A stretch of 64,000 nucleotides of DNA from Octopus vulgaris (GCA_951406725.2 OX597839.1:8866001-8930000); one strand, 5' to 3'. Positions 14,958-28,893 are shown, counted from the first letter of the stretch. The notes: generated by a model not told the origin, from the letters alone. Numbers and translations: made by a program.

Positions 14958-15009
<52 letters not shown>

Positions 15010-15061
15010 GATGTATGTATCTATTTATCAATCTATCTATCTATATATATATATAAATATA

Positions 15062-15152
<91 letters not shown>

Positions 15153-15166
15153 TGTATATATATGTG

Positions 15167-15200
<34 letters not shown>

Positions 15201-15209
15201 TACGTATAT

Positions 15210-15262
<53 letters not shown>

Positions 15263-15294
15263 TATACAGACACATACTTACACACATATATTTT

Positions 15295-16270
<976 letters not shown>

Positions 16271-16297
16271 CTTCACACATACACACACACACACACT

Positions 16298-16349
<52 letters not shown>

Positions 16350-16858
16350 TACTCACAAGGAAGTTATCTGGCCTTGCATATGAAATGTAGCATTCGTTTG
16401 TTAATTAATTAGTTGAACCTAAATCATCGTAATACTGCACAAAAATATTTTTCTCAAACACATTGTTTGTACCATTTGTAACACAGATGCCCCAATTCTA
16501 CTTCTTAAAAATCCATTTGCATTTCAACAACTCACTATGAACGGAAAGGTGCAAAGAACTTTCTCTTGTTCTTCTCTTAATTGCTAATCTATGTTATTCT
16601 TGAATTTCAAAATCAAACTTGCGATCCCACCAACTATGAAGAGATGATTATCTCCCTTGTATTAACTGTCCACTAGAGGACACTACACACACACACACAC
16701 ACAGTGAAGAAAAAGAAAACATACTTCAGGGTATTTCTTTCCATCTATAAAAAATGTCTGGTTTCATAAAATGCTTAATTAATAAACCTTGGGTTATACC
16801 ATGCTGACGATTTCTAAAATGAATGAAATAGTGCTAGATAGAAATTTTAAGAACTTCA

Positions 16859-17032
16859 TGGCTTTGTGGTGAGAAGATTACTTCTCAACTACATGGTTTG
16901 GGGTTCAGTCCCACAGCATGGTACCTTGGCCAAGTGTCTTCTACTATAGCCTTGTAAGTGGATTTGGTAGACAGTGTCTCTGTTTGTCACCCATGACTGC
17001 TTGAAAACTAGTGTTGGTGAGTTTATGTCCCC
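16859..17032 (+). mobile_element. SINE A, degenerate
   Basis: gggttcagtccc, ccttggccaagtgtcttctactatagcc. Confidence 0.75.
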
Positions 17033-17154
17033 ACCTTTTCTATTAACCAGTTATTAAGAATTTTCTTTTTTTAATCAAATTTCTGATATTAAAATTGTGC
17101 GTGAAAAACAAAAAACAATTTCACAGATTTAATCATTTTAAATTATTCCCCTCT

Positions 17155-17275
17155 CGGTGCAATCCTTTGACCATAAATTCTATATCCTAACTCTAAAACC
17201 TAATCATAAACCTTAGCTCCTAAAAACCTAACCCTAACTGCAATCCTAATTTCTTTTTCTTGTAGGATTGTACTG
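17155..17275. mobile_element. Small MITE-like element with degenerate (CCCTAA)n interior
   Basis: Imperfect 12-bp inverted ends cggtgcaatcct / aggattgtactg around cctaac-type repeats. Confidence 0.45.
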
Positions 17276-17966
17276 TTTAATACATCTAATTATGAAAAAT
17301 TTTTTAGAATAAAATGTCAAAAATGGAAACGCTGTGTAGTCTGAAATGGAAATTTTTGAGGGCTGGAAATAAATTTATGAGGAATGGAATTTTGTCTTGT
17401 TTTCGTTTCTTTGTTTTTCTTTTTCAGAATCCTAAAAAACTTTTTCCAAATAACAAGTAAAAATAGAAATGTTAGGCAGGTCGGGGTTTATATTACACAA
17501 TTCTGTCAATATACATGGATTTTATATATTATTTATTAATATATTAATAAGCACAGATGTGAGTGTTTAAGAGTGTCACTTCATGACCACATGCTTTTAA
17601 TTTCATTCTACTCAATGCCTTCATTAAAAACATTTAATTAACATATTAAGCAAGAATTGTTGAAAATATTTCAATGTCTCATTAGTTCAAGACCACATGA
17701 AAGTCAAGATGAATATTTTATCAAAGTGGTTTCCAGGTTAAAATAAAAGAAGAATTTTCTTCCAAAATTAATCATTTTACTTTCATTGCTATTAAGTAAT
17801 GAAAGCAAAGTAGTTGTCAGCTACAGAGAATCTGCCAGAGACTATAAAACATGAAGCGTGATGCCATTATTCATGTAGGGGTCCACCAGTGGAATTCATT
17901 AGATGCACCATGGTGTGATCCATGAAGAGCTGCCACTGTCATAGGTTTATTTCGTCTTTTTTAGCT

Positions 17967-18094
17967 ATTACTTGTTTCAGTCATTTGACTGTGGCCATGC
18001 TGGAGCACCGCCTTTAGTCGAGCAAATCGACCCCAGGACTAATTCTTTGTAAGCCTAGTACTTATTCTATCGGTCGCTTTTGCCAAACCGCTAA
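17967..18094 (-). mobile_element. SINE A, 3' end
   Basis: ttacttgtttcagtcatttgactgtggccatgctggagcaccgcc. Confidence 0.9.
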
Positions 18095-18124
18095 ATATAC
18101 ACATACACAAAAATATATATATAT

Positions 18125-18166
<42 letters not shown>

Positions 18167-18335
18167 TGACCATGCTGGCCTGAGTTAGACAGTTTGACTA
18201 GAACTGGTAAGCTGGAGACCTGCACCAGGTTCTAGTCTGATTTGGCAAAGTTTCTAAAACTGCCAGCCCTCCCTAATGCCAACCACCCCAAATGTGTAAT
18301 CGGTGTTTTCTAGGTGCAAGTTACATGACACCAGC
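18125..18335 (-). mobile_element. Family E, diverged
   Basis: (CAT)n tail, ctgcaccagg, cctaatgccaaccac. Confidence 0.7.
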
Positions 18336-18445
18336 ACTTGGCTTGACAAGTCTTCTCAAACACACCAAATTACTAAAGATCTCAGCCACTTGTCATCACC
18401 TCCATGAGGCCCAAAATTCAAACATTATATATATATATATATATA

Positions 18446-18838
18446 GGCGCAGGAGTGGCTGTGTGGTAAGTAGCTTGCCTACCAACCACATAGTTCTGGG
18501 TTCAGTCCCACTGCGTGGCATCTTGGGCAAGTGTCTTCTGCTATAGCCTCGGGCCGACCAAAGCCTTGTGAGTGGATTTGGTAGACGGAAACTGAAAGAA
18601 GCCTGTCGTATATATGTATATATATATAAGTGTATGTGTTTTTGTGTCTGTGTTTGTTCCCCTAGCATTGCTTGACAACCGATGCTGGTGTGTTTACGTC
18701 CCCGTCACTTAGCGGTTCGGCAAAAGAGACCGATAGAATAAGTACTGGGCTTACAAAGAATAAGTCCCGGGGTCGATTTGCTCGACTAAAGGCGGTGCTC
18801 CAGCATGGCCGCAGTCATATGACTGAAACAAGTAAAAA
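18446..18838 (+). mobile_element. SINE family A, full-length reference copy (tRNA-like head, CORE-like segment, internal microsatellite, 3' module)
   Basis: Pol III A/B-box-like motifs; more than 15 related copies in the window. Confidence 0.95.
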
Positions 18839-18858
18839 GAGAAAAAGAGAAAGAGAAT

Positions 18859-19167
18859 GGAGGCGCAATGGCCCAGTGGTTAGGGCAGCGGACTCGCGGT
18901 CATAGGATCATGGTTTCGATTCCCAGATTGGGCGCTGTGAGTGTTTATTGAGCGAAAACACCTATAGCTCCACGAGGCTCCGGCAGGGGGTGGTGGTGAT
19001 CCCTGCTGTACTCTTTCGACGCAACTTTCTCCCACTCTTTCTTCTGTTGGCCTGCTCGCTTAGCCAGCGGGGTGGTGTCATTTGAAGGCTAAATCAATGT
19101 GAAGCGCATTGTGACCAGTGATGTGTAGCAACATCTGATAGCCTGGTTGGTCACGTAATCATGTGAT
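18859..19167 (+). mobile_element. SINE family B with tail type 1
   Basis: tRNA-like head tggcccagtggttagggcagcggactcgcgg and ggtttcgattccc; tail ends cacgtaatcatgtgat. Confidence 0.9.
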
Positions 19168-19691
19168 ATATATATATATATATATTCTCATGTGTTTGTA
19201 TGTACAAGTGAATCTACTGTAATAAACTTTATTGTGTATTTTGAATGTATATAAATATATTTAACTCTTCTTTTGTGCCACTTTCAGTAGAGTGGGAGGA
19301 GGAACGGAGACAGGAAAAGAGAGGAAACAATGAGTGGATTATAAAGAAAAGAGGCAAATGACATGTTGAAGGAGAAAGAAAGTAAAATAGCAAAAAAGGA
19401 GAAGGAAAGAGTGAGGAAATAAACGGAGGGAAGGTAAGAGGAAAGGACGGTTGCACACAGTATATGAAAACAGAATCAGGAACACAAAATTAAATGCAGA
19501 AGACTTATCATACACACACACACACACACACAAATATCTGATGGAGAACATGCATGAACAAACATACAAAACTAAAGAATATTCACAAAAGGCAGACATA
19601 CAGTGAAACACACGTCGTGCACACATCTCACAGTAATTAAACAGAAGCATAAACAAACAGAAAGAACCTCAAACACAGAACATGAGCAAAT

Positions 19692-19723
<32 letters not shown>

Positions 19724-19987
19724 CATTGTTAATGAAAATCTGAATGAATAAATTTAGCAATTATGTGCAGACGATCAGAAACTAATTTCTCACAGAAATG
19801 AATATTTTATTTAAAATATTTGTACATTGAATGCATTGTTTCTTTTCCAAAGTAAATATAGATATTCAGTAAATTTCATGCTTTCACTTTGGTTTCCTTA
19901 GTTTCTTTTCTCTCTTTCTTTCTTTCTTTTTTTTTTTTGTAAATAATACAGCAATAATCAGCAATCTGCTTTATTAAACAAAACATA

Positions 19988-20150
19988 GACATAGGAGTGG
20001 CTGTGTGGTAAGTAGCTTGGTTACTAACCACATGGTTCCGGGTTCAGTCCCACTGCGTGGCACCTTGGGCAAGTGTCTTCTACTATAGCCTCGGGTCGAC
20101 CAAAGCCTTGTGAGTGGATTTGGTAGATGGAAACTGAAAGAAGCCCGTCG

Positions 20151-20185
<35 letters not shown>

Positions 20186-20346
20186 CTGTGTTTGTCCACC
20201 CAACATCGCTTGTGTGTTTGCATCCCCGTAACTTAGCGGTTCAGCAAAAGAGACCAATAGTACAAAGAATAAGTTCTGGGGTTGATTTGCTCGACTAAAG
20301 GCGGTGCTCCAGCATGGCCGCAGTCAAATGACTGAATCAAGTAAAA
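19988..20346 (+). mobile_element. SINE A, full length
   Basis: Matches the reference copy with two small deletions. Confidence 0.93.
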
Positions 20347-20511
20347 CAGTAAAACCTGGTTTCTTTATACACATACACTACACACACATTTCTAATGTCT
20401 CATATGAATTATACAGCTTGAACTTTGTAACAAATAATTCCAGCAATGTGTTTGAAATAATAAATACACATAAAATGACCCTCAGATTGTCATTTATATA
20501 TCCTCTATAAT

Positions 20512-20612
20512 ACAAGGGGATCAGGGTTAGCCAAAAGCTCCTGGCTTTGGATAAAAGGAAATACAGGAGAACCAGTTAATTATGATTTTATGCAACATAT
20601 TCCACTCTTGAA
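20512..20612. mobile_element. Partial copy of the mariner MITE at 60730-60946
   Basis: aaaagctcctggctttgg...cagttaattatgatttta matches the reverse complement of its right end. Confidence 0.6.
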
Positions 20613-20633
20613 ATTAAAATCTCACAGATTGTG

Positions 20634-20832
20634 TGTCTTTGTGTCTGTGCTTGTCCCCTACTGCTTGATAATCAGTGTTGGTGTGTTTACATCCCTGTAA
20701 CTTAGTGGTTCAGCCAAAGAGACTGATAGAATAAGTACCGGGTTTAAAAAAAAAATAAAGTACTGGGGTTGATTCATTCAACTAAAAATTTTTCTAAGCT
20801 GTGCCCTAGCTGCAGTCTAATGACTGAAACAA
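20634..20832 (+). mobile_element. SINE A, 3' half
   Basis: gtgtttacatccctgtaacttagtggttcag...tgactgaaac. Confidence 0.85.
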
Positions 20833-21021
20833 CCAAAGGGTTAAAAATGTCTATAAAGAATGGAATAAACTGAGAACAAGCTATTTTTTCCCAGTGAATT
20901 TCTGTCAAAGATCAGAACCAAATCAGGCAACTAAAATCAGAATAAACCTTACACTCCAAAAATTCGAACCAGGAATTCAAACCCTGCGTTGTGTATGTAT
21001 ATAAAGAATCCAGGTTTTACT

Positions 21022-21240
21022 GTTTTACTTGTTTCAGTCATTTGACTGCGGCCATGCTGGAGCACCACCTTTAGTCGAGCAAATCAATCCCAGGACTTAT
21101 TCTTTGTAAGCCTAATACTTATTCTATCGGTCTCTTTTGCCGAACCGCTAAGTTACGGGGACGCAAACACACCAGCATTGGTTGTCAAGCGATGTTGGGG
21201 GGACAAACACAGACACACAGATAGACACACACACACACAT
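21022..21240 (-). mobile_element. SINE A, 3' half
   Basis: Inverted relative to 19988-20346 and shares its 3' flank. Confidence 0.9.
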
Positions 21241-21819
21241 ACATATATACTTATGTGGAACTGAGTGAGAAAGAACATGGTCTAGACGTGCACAGTGGTA
21301 ACTCATAATTCCACAGGTTACTGTATTAAATCCACTGCTAGCTTCATTAAGAGCAGATTTCCCATGCAGCTGCACTTGTTTAGCCAAGTTAAGCTCCAAA
21401 AGTCAAAACCAAATTTGAAAATGTGATAACATGATACAGAAAGAAATCACCAAATGAACGAATGGAGAGCCACGTGGAAAATTATTAGCTCTATGAGAAA
21501 AAGACATAGGAAGAGAAGAAACGAAATCAAATTAAATAACTGGATTGAGAAATCTGTGATTACAGAAGTATGAAGCCGATTATGGAACTGGATTAATGAA
21601 AACTAGGAAATAGTACCATATAAAAACTTTAGAAATACACAACGTTACAAATGAAGGAATCATAACTCCTTCCATAATAATTCAGCGACTATTGTTTAGG
21701 GCTTAGGGTATTTGGCTCTTGATTTATGAGTTCAGACTGCTGGGGACATGTTGTGTCCTTGAGCAAAACACTTCATTTCATGTTGCTCCAGTCCACTCAG
21801 CTGACAAAAATGAGTTGTG

Positions 21820-21850
21820 GATGGGTGGATGGATGGATGGCCGGACAGAC

Positions 21851-21881
<31 letters not shown>

Positions 21882-21937
21882 TAGATAGACAGACAGACAG
21901 ACAGATAGATAGATAGATAGATAGACAAACAGATAGA

Positions 21938-21969
<32 letters not shown>

Positions 21970-21972
21970 TAA

Positions 21973-22005
<33 letters not shown>

Positions 22006-22180
22006 TAGATAGATAGATAGACAGACAGATAGATAGACAGACAGACGGAGACAGACAGAGACAGACGGAGACAGACAGAGACAGACACAGACAGAGATGG
22101 ATGGATGGGTAGATAAATAGACAGATAGATAGATAGAAAGATAGACAGACAAACAGACAGATAGATAGCTAATAGATAGA
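21820..22180. repeat. (GATA)n/(GACA)n tetranucleotide array
   Basis: Seen directly. Confidence 0.95.
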
Positions 22181-22784
22181 TATATATGGGTTTGAGTAGG
22201 TAGGTTGGGTTTATGTAGGTAGGTAGGTAGACAAATGCAAACAACATTGGCTAAAAAAATATAGATCTGTAGACATAAGGAAAAAGGATTTAATTAAATT
22301 TACTTTCATCTCTCATCAATCACCTCTCCATTAATTACTCGCTGTTAATTAACTGAAGATGAAATATATAAAATAAATGAAGGGAAAAGGAAAATTATAA
22401 GATGGGGGTCTCTCTCTTTAAAACAAGAGCGTGTATATTTACAGGTACATGCACACCAATATGTAATGGTGAGTCAATGCTTTTTCGGTGTCAACATATT
22501 GTCCACAAGATAATAGTGTTAAGAGAGAAGGATGAAGGGAAGACAATGAGACAGGGAGGCAGAAAGCAAGGGAAGTGAGGAAGAAGAGAAGCAGACATAT
22601 TGACAGTGAAAGGGGAGAGAAAGGTGGAGAAATGACAACAAAAATGGAGAAGAGTGAAATGTAGAGTACATTTATAAAACTGAACATAGGTGATCCTATT
22701 ATGACCAGGGTCAATCCACGGCCCACAGACCATCACCCATAAACCCGCCTGATTTAGGCCTCCACACATGCAAAAGGACCTCTG

Positions 22785-22955
22785 TGGAGGCACATGGCCT
22801 AGTGGTTAGAGCAGCGGACTCGCGGTCGAGGGATCGCGGGTTCGAATCACAGACCGGGCGATGTGTGTATTTATGAGTGAAACACCTATGCTCCATGCGG
22901 CTCCAGCAGAAGGTAGTGGCGAAACTTCTGCTGACTCTTTGAGTCTTTCTCTTTC
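22785..22955 (+). mobile_element. SINE B-related head and body, no tail
   Basis: tggcctagtggttagagcagcggactcgcgg, ggttcgaatc. Confidence 0.85.
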
Positions 22956-23640
22956 CTCAGTGACTACCAGCACAGCTTTTGCAGAGTCAAATCCACCAGA
23001 GTTGCTCATGAGTCAGCTTTTGCTTCAAAGAAGTTCAATGAAAGTAATGTTCCTGTCCCAAACATCAGCAAATCCTTCAACTGTGTCTGGCATGCAAATT
23101 TCCTCTCAAAACGTCCTACCCACAAGATCCACCCGCCCACCCCCGTCATCTCCCATCCCTTAAATCAATAGTTTCCTTTCACATCACACCATTGCAGCAG
23201 GCATCGACACATGCTTTCTGCCCCGTTCTCAATTAACTCTAGTGTTCCCCAGTGTTTGGTTCTGTCCACCACTCTCTTCTTTTTTATACATAAATGACCT
23301 ACTTTCCACTTCATCCGCTAATACCCTTTCTTATGCAAATGACACAAACCTTCAACTCCTGACCAACCTTCCCTAGCTTTGCACCATTGACACACAACAT
23401 CAATACCACTTACCAAACCTGCATTGACTCCAGAGAAGAGTCACTCAGCTCATTGGATTTACATCACTAAAGGATACACTCCAACCTCTGGTCCAGAGAT
23501 ATACTGTCTCCTCTCTCTATCTTATCTATCATTACTATAATGGTCTCTGTCTCTCAGATCTGGTTTATCACCTTCACCACTCAGGCACTCCTAACCTACT
23601 TGTTTCTCCTTGTCTCAGCACCATGATGCATCCAACCCCA
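22955..23640 (+). mobile_element. Decayed CR1/Jockey-group LINE reverse-transcriptase fragment
   Basis: Remnant motifs in order: SDYQHSFCRVKST, ISKSFNCVWH (like ISKAFDRVWH), INSSVPQCLVLSTTLFFLYINDL (like GVPQGSVLSPTLFLLYINDL), SYANDT (like YADDT). Confidence 0.8.
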
Positions 23641-23805
23641 CTTTCCAGGGATCTGACCTGCAAAAGTTTAACCCTTTAGTACTTAAACTGGCTATATTCA
23701 GCCAAAATATTCTACCAATATAGTCTACCAAAGTATCCTATATTATGTTCAAACTGGTCAGATCTGGCTTCTTACATCAACCCTCAAAGCTCCAAGATAA
23801 TTCAC

Positions 23806-24000
23806 AAGGAAGTCAGGGAAAGAATGAGAGAAAGTTGGAGTGAAAGAGTTCAACAGGGGTCGCCACCACCCCCTGCCGGAGCCTCGTGGAGCTTTAGGTG
23901 TTTTCGCTCAATAAACACACACAATGCCCGGTGTGGGAGTCAAAACCGCGATCCTCCGACCGTAAGTCCGCTGCCCTAACCACTGGGCCATTGTGCCTCC
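23806..24000 (-). mobile_element. SINE B, head and body
   Basis: Reverse complement of 18859-19040. Confidence 0.9.
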
Positions 24001-24204
24001 TGCTGGTGGTGCTCCAGCATGGCTACAGTGAAATGACTGAAACCAATAAACCAGAAAGAGATTAATGCCCTCCCCCCCCCTCAGGCCTAGGTTCATGTAA
24101 CCCTTCTGTCTGTTATAAGTTTCATAAGAAAATACTGGGGCAATGTAATTGATTAAAACCCTGCATTGCAATGCTCTGGTATCATTTCACACAGTCCAGT
24201 AGTT

Positions 24205-24517
24205 GATGCCAGTGGCACGTAAAAAGCACCATCCGAACATGGCCAATGCTAGCGCCACCTTGACTGGCTTCTGTGCCGGTGGCATGTAAAAAGCACCAAT
24301 CCGATTGTGGCCGTTGCCAGCCTCGCCTGGCACGTAAAAAGCACCCACTACACTCACAGAGTTGTTGGCATTAGGAAGGGCATCCAGCTGTAGAAACACT
24401 GCCAGATCAGACTGGAGCCTGGTGCAGCCTTCTGGTTTCCCAGATCCCTGGTTGAACCGTCCAACCCATGCTAGCATGGAGAACGGACGTTAAACGATGA
24501 TGATGATGATGATGATG
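24205..24517 (+). mobile_element. Family E with three internal modules
   Basis: Same structure as 8977-9278. Confidence 0.92.
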
Positions 24518-25047
24518 AAATTAATAAATTAATAAATTAATAAATTAATAAAATATTTTATCCTATTGATTGATCACTTGTTTTCATTTATTGATAAATT
24601 CTTTTTATTTATGAAGTTATTTATTTATTTGGATGTGAAAAATCATTCATTCACATTTTGATTTAACTAATTGAAGGAGATTGAATCAGATGTCATGGAA
24701 CAAGATCAGATCACGGCAGATCAGATCATCAATTCAGTGAGAGGGAGAAGACAATAAAACAAACATAAAAGGAAAACAAAATAAAAAAAAATGAAAGACA
24801 AACGAATGTGAAACAAAACAAAGTCAGTGTGGTAGAAATTTTGAGAAAGAAAAGAAGCAAGCATTCACTCCTACTCTCCTCTCTGTCTCTGTTTGTCTCC
24901 TTCTCTCTTCTCTTTGCTCTCTTTCGCTTTTTCTCTCTCTCTCTCTTCACTCAAAGACAACATGTGAATGGAATTTGAGAAGAGATGGAGAATGTCTTGT
25001 AGAGCTTGTACAATGTAACTATGTAACAACAGACATAATGAAGGAAG

Positions 25048-25141
<94 letters not shown>

Positions 25142-25528
25142 TAGTAGTAGTAGCAGCAGCAGCAGCAGCAGCAGAATCACCTACTGCCACTGTTGTTTTG
25201 GCTGCTGTTGTCATTTTTAAGGGTTTCAAAGTGACATTTTGTTTGGTCCATCATAAAAATAAAACAACCCCCAAACACCCCTCTACACTGTACATATCAT
25301 CAGAGAAACAAGATCACACTTGCAGTGCATTTGCAAAATGTGTCAGAAAAATGTTATCTCGCTATCGATAGGAGGAGAACAACAGCAGCACTAATTACCT
25401 GATAAAACCAAACATGACCACAAACAGCATCAGGTCTCAAAGTGCTAACCACAGCAGCCAAATATACGGCAAGTCACATCCTTACTGTTATTGAACAAAG
25501 TAGCTTGCATTCGATAAAACAGTCCCAG

Positions 25529-25836
25529 ATATTCTGTTGTGTCTGGGGAGAGTCATTCTCTTTTAGTGCCTTATTATTTAACACACTCACCGGTAGAATT
25601 TCCACTTTTTTTTTCTTATTTTTATTTTCTAAAATTTTCGTTGCGTCTTGCAACCTTTTCATGCAAGATGCATGAAAATTTTAGAAAATAAAAATAAGAA
25701 AAAAAAAGTGGAAATTCTACCGGTGAGTGTGTTAAATAATAAGGCACTAAAAGAGAATGACTCTCCCCAGACACAACAGAATATGCTTCAACACATGAAC
25801 TCATATAAAGAATCTTGCAAACCAAATCCAAAAACG
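25529..25836. mobile_element. Foldback element (~110-bp arms) centred on a hammerhead-like core; probable Penelope-like remnant
   Basis: 25529-25639 is the reverse complement of about 25674-25784. A 16-bp direct repeat aaacagtcccagatat lies at 25517-25532 and 25837-25852. Confidence 0.7.
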
Positions 25837-26168
25837 AAACAGTCCCAGATATGATGTATCTGAAAAATAAGTCTGGACTGTCAGACAGCCAGAAGCCCCT
25901 TTCATCAAATGTTAGTTCAATTAGTGATAATCTGGGACCTCGACGGGATAACCCTCTTTGTATTCAAGGCAGATTTCTAGTCTGCAACACGATATGCAGT
26001 GACACATTCTCTGGCTCCAACCTTGCAGCATTGGCTACAAAGCTGGGTGTATTTTATTTTGATGTTGATGTTGACATACTTGACTCAATAGGTCTCCTCA
26101 AGCACAGCGGGTGACCCTACAATCCAAGGTTAGCACAATATATATATATATCTATATATGTATATATA

Positions 26169-26343
26169 GGGAGAGTTTACGAAAAAAAACAAAAGACGAC
26201 GACAGGTGGTGTACAAAACAAACAGATGTATTAGTATAACACTCAGGAATAGAAAGTCTTTTACGTTTCAAGCCTACGCTCTTCTACAGAAAGGGATACA
26301 GAAAAAACAAAGAGAGAAAAAAATGTGTGTAGTGGCTAACGAT
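26169..26343 (-). mobile_element. Short (TA)n-embedded element with a minimal hammerhead-like motif (26258-26293)
   Basis: Minus strand cttt-CTGTAGA-a-gagc gtag gctt-GAAAC-GTA-aaag. Confidence 0.6.
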
Positions 26344-27157
26344 AAATATATATATATATATAATAGACTTCATTCAGTTCTCTTCAGCCAAATCAACTCG
26401 CAAGACTTGGAATGGCCTAGGGCTATAGGAAAAGATAATTACCTGAGCTGCTATGCAGTAAAACTGAACCCAAAGCCATGTGGTTACAAAGCAAACTTCC
26501 TAACCACAGAGCCATTCTGGCACCTCTCCAAATACTAAAATATTTTAAAATAACCTCTCCAATAAGCCGTACATAACATATAAACTAAACATAAAGTACA
26601 CAATATGAAGTGAATGTAAACAAAAGAAATAGCCATAAAGCTTCTGGACACTTGTATTGCCAGCACTTGATCAAATGAGGGCTGGTCCTTTTGACCTGAA
26701 GGTCATCTACCACATAACAACAACCAGTCATCAGCTTTTAAGTATTGCTTCAAAATCCTGGTGGTGGTAGTATTGGTGGTGGTGGTGGTGGTGGTGGGGT
26801 GGTGGTGGTGGTGGTGGTGGTGGTGGTGGCAGTAGCAGCAGCATAATGCCAAATTTGCTTTTCCTTCTCTTCTTCTTCACATACCAACATTTCCTCTGCC
26901 CGGAGACCCTATCAACCCCTATCCATGCCCCTGGATTCCTCGCAATCAAATTGAGTAGAGCAATAAATATTAGACTGACCCCCACACCACACACACACAG
27001 ACACACACACACACACACACACACTCATCCATCTCTGCAACAACTACAACACCAACAGCAACATCATTTTCATCATTACAGCCATGAAAAAGGGGAGTAG
27101 TCCGGTACAACCCCCATTACTACACTAACACATATATCCACCTATTTCACCATTATG

Positions 27158-27404
27158 AACTACTACTACTACTACCACCACCACCACTACTTCTCCAACT
27201 ACTACTACTACTACTACCACCACCACCACCACCACCACTACTACTACTCCAACTACTACTACTACAACTACCACCACCACCACTTCTCCAACTACTACTA
27301 CTACTACCACCACCACCACCACCACCACTACTACTTCTCCAACTACTACTACTACAACTACCACCACCACCACTACCACCGCCACCACCATTACTACTTC
27401 TCCA

Positions 27405-27454
<50 letters not shown>

Positions 27455-27472
27455 TACTACTACTACTACTAC
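27158..27472. repeat. Higher-order (TAC)n/(CAC)n array punctuated by ttctccaac
   Basis: Seen directly. Confidence 0.93.
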
Positions 27473-27702
27473 AGTAACAAAACAACGACTGCCACGGCTG
27501 GTAGTAAATTATAATCAATGGTTTTTGACCAATCTGGTGTTGTCCAGCAATAATAACGACTGCTGAGGTAGTGTAAAGAGTTAAGTGGTCTTACACTGAC
27601 CAGTTTAACTGATTGTAGAAACAGCAATTTTAGGAGTTCAGTTTAGCAATCACCATGTTAATAAATTACGACAGCTTAAAGATTATCTTCGTTTTACAGC
27701 TA

Positions 27703-27747
<45 letters not shown>

Positions 27748-27835
27748 CTGTGTGTGACTATGTGTGTAAGAGTGTGCCTGGGTTTATGCAACAATAAAAT
27801 GTATGTGTATGCATATGATATATTACATATGTGTA

Positions 27836-28045
27836 GGCGTGGGCATGGCTGTGGGGTTAGGGAGCTTGCTTCCTAGCTACATGGTTTCGGGTTCAGTCCC
27901 ACTGCGTGGCACTTTGGGTAGGTGTCTTTCACTATAGCCCCGAGCTGACCGAAGCTTTGTGATTGAATTCGGTAGGCGGAAGTTGCTGCCGTGTGTGTAT
28001 GTGTGCATATAGCTGCTCAGTGCCTCTCCGAAAGAGAGAGAGGGG
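27836..28045 (+). mobile_element. SINE A'
   Basis: Matches 2768-2971 and 52561-52767. Confidence 0.9.
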
Positions 28046-28169
28046 TGTGCATGTGTATATATACAGACACACACACGCGCATATATATTCTTTTACTTAT
28101 TTCAGTCATTGAACAAGTGGCCATGCTGGGGCACTACTTTGAAAAATAAAGCATTCTGTACTATATATA

Positions 28170-28372
28170 CTCTTTTACTCGTTTCAGTCATTTGACTGTG
28201 GTCATGCTGGAGCACCGCCTTTAGTTGAGCAAATCGACCCCAGGACTTATTCTTTGGATGCCTAGAACTTATTCTATCAGTCTCTTTTGCTGAACCGCTA
28301 GGTTACAGGGACGTAAACACACCACCATCGGTTGTCAAGCGATGTTGGGGAGACAAACACAGACACACAAAA
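28170..28372 (-). mobile_element. SINE A, 3' half
   Basis: Matches the reference 3' module. Confidence 0.9.
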
Positions 28373-28387
28373 AACATACACATACAC

Positions 28388-28437
<50 letters not shown>

Positions 28438-28461
28438 TAGTAAGTTTAATAACAGGGTAAA

Positions 28462-28810
28462 GTGAAGGTGCATGGCTCAGTGGTTAGAGCATCGAGCTCA
28501 CAATCATGAGGTAGGGAGTTTGATTCCCAGACCAGGCTGTGTGGTGTGATCTTGAGCAAGGCACTTTATTTCACATTTGTTCCAGTTCACTCATCTCTAG
28601 AAATGAGTTGCAACAGCATTGGTGACAAGCTGTATAGGCCTTTGCCTTTCCTTTCAATAGCATCAGTGGCATAGAGAAGGGAGGCTGGTATGCATGGACA
28701 ACTGCTGGTCTTCCATAAACAACCTTGCCCAGACTTGTGCATCAAAGAGGAACTTTCTAGGTGCAACCCCATGGTCATTCATAAGTGGGTCTTTACACTT
28801 TACCCTTTTA
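28462..28810 (+). mobile_element. SINE C, full length with 11-bp TSD
   Basis: aacagggtaaa at 28451-28461 and 28811-28821; A and B boxes present. Confidence 0.92.
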
Positions 28811-28893
28811 AACAGGGTAAAACTTCTGCAGATAACATAACGAAAGTTAAGGGAGGCTTTTACTCCTTGCTTTACAATATGCCAGAGTGAATT

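Noticed and set aside
18859-18935. Functional tRNA-Arg(TCG) gene, and similar heads at 15960-16035, 22785 and 60336
   Set aside because: They run into SINE bodies and lack a proper acceptor stem and a Pol III terminator at the tRNA end.
25815-26114. 99-aa non-repetitive ORF
   Set aside because: It starts inside the foldback element at a non-ATG codon, with no motif or splice support.
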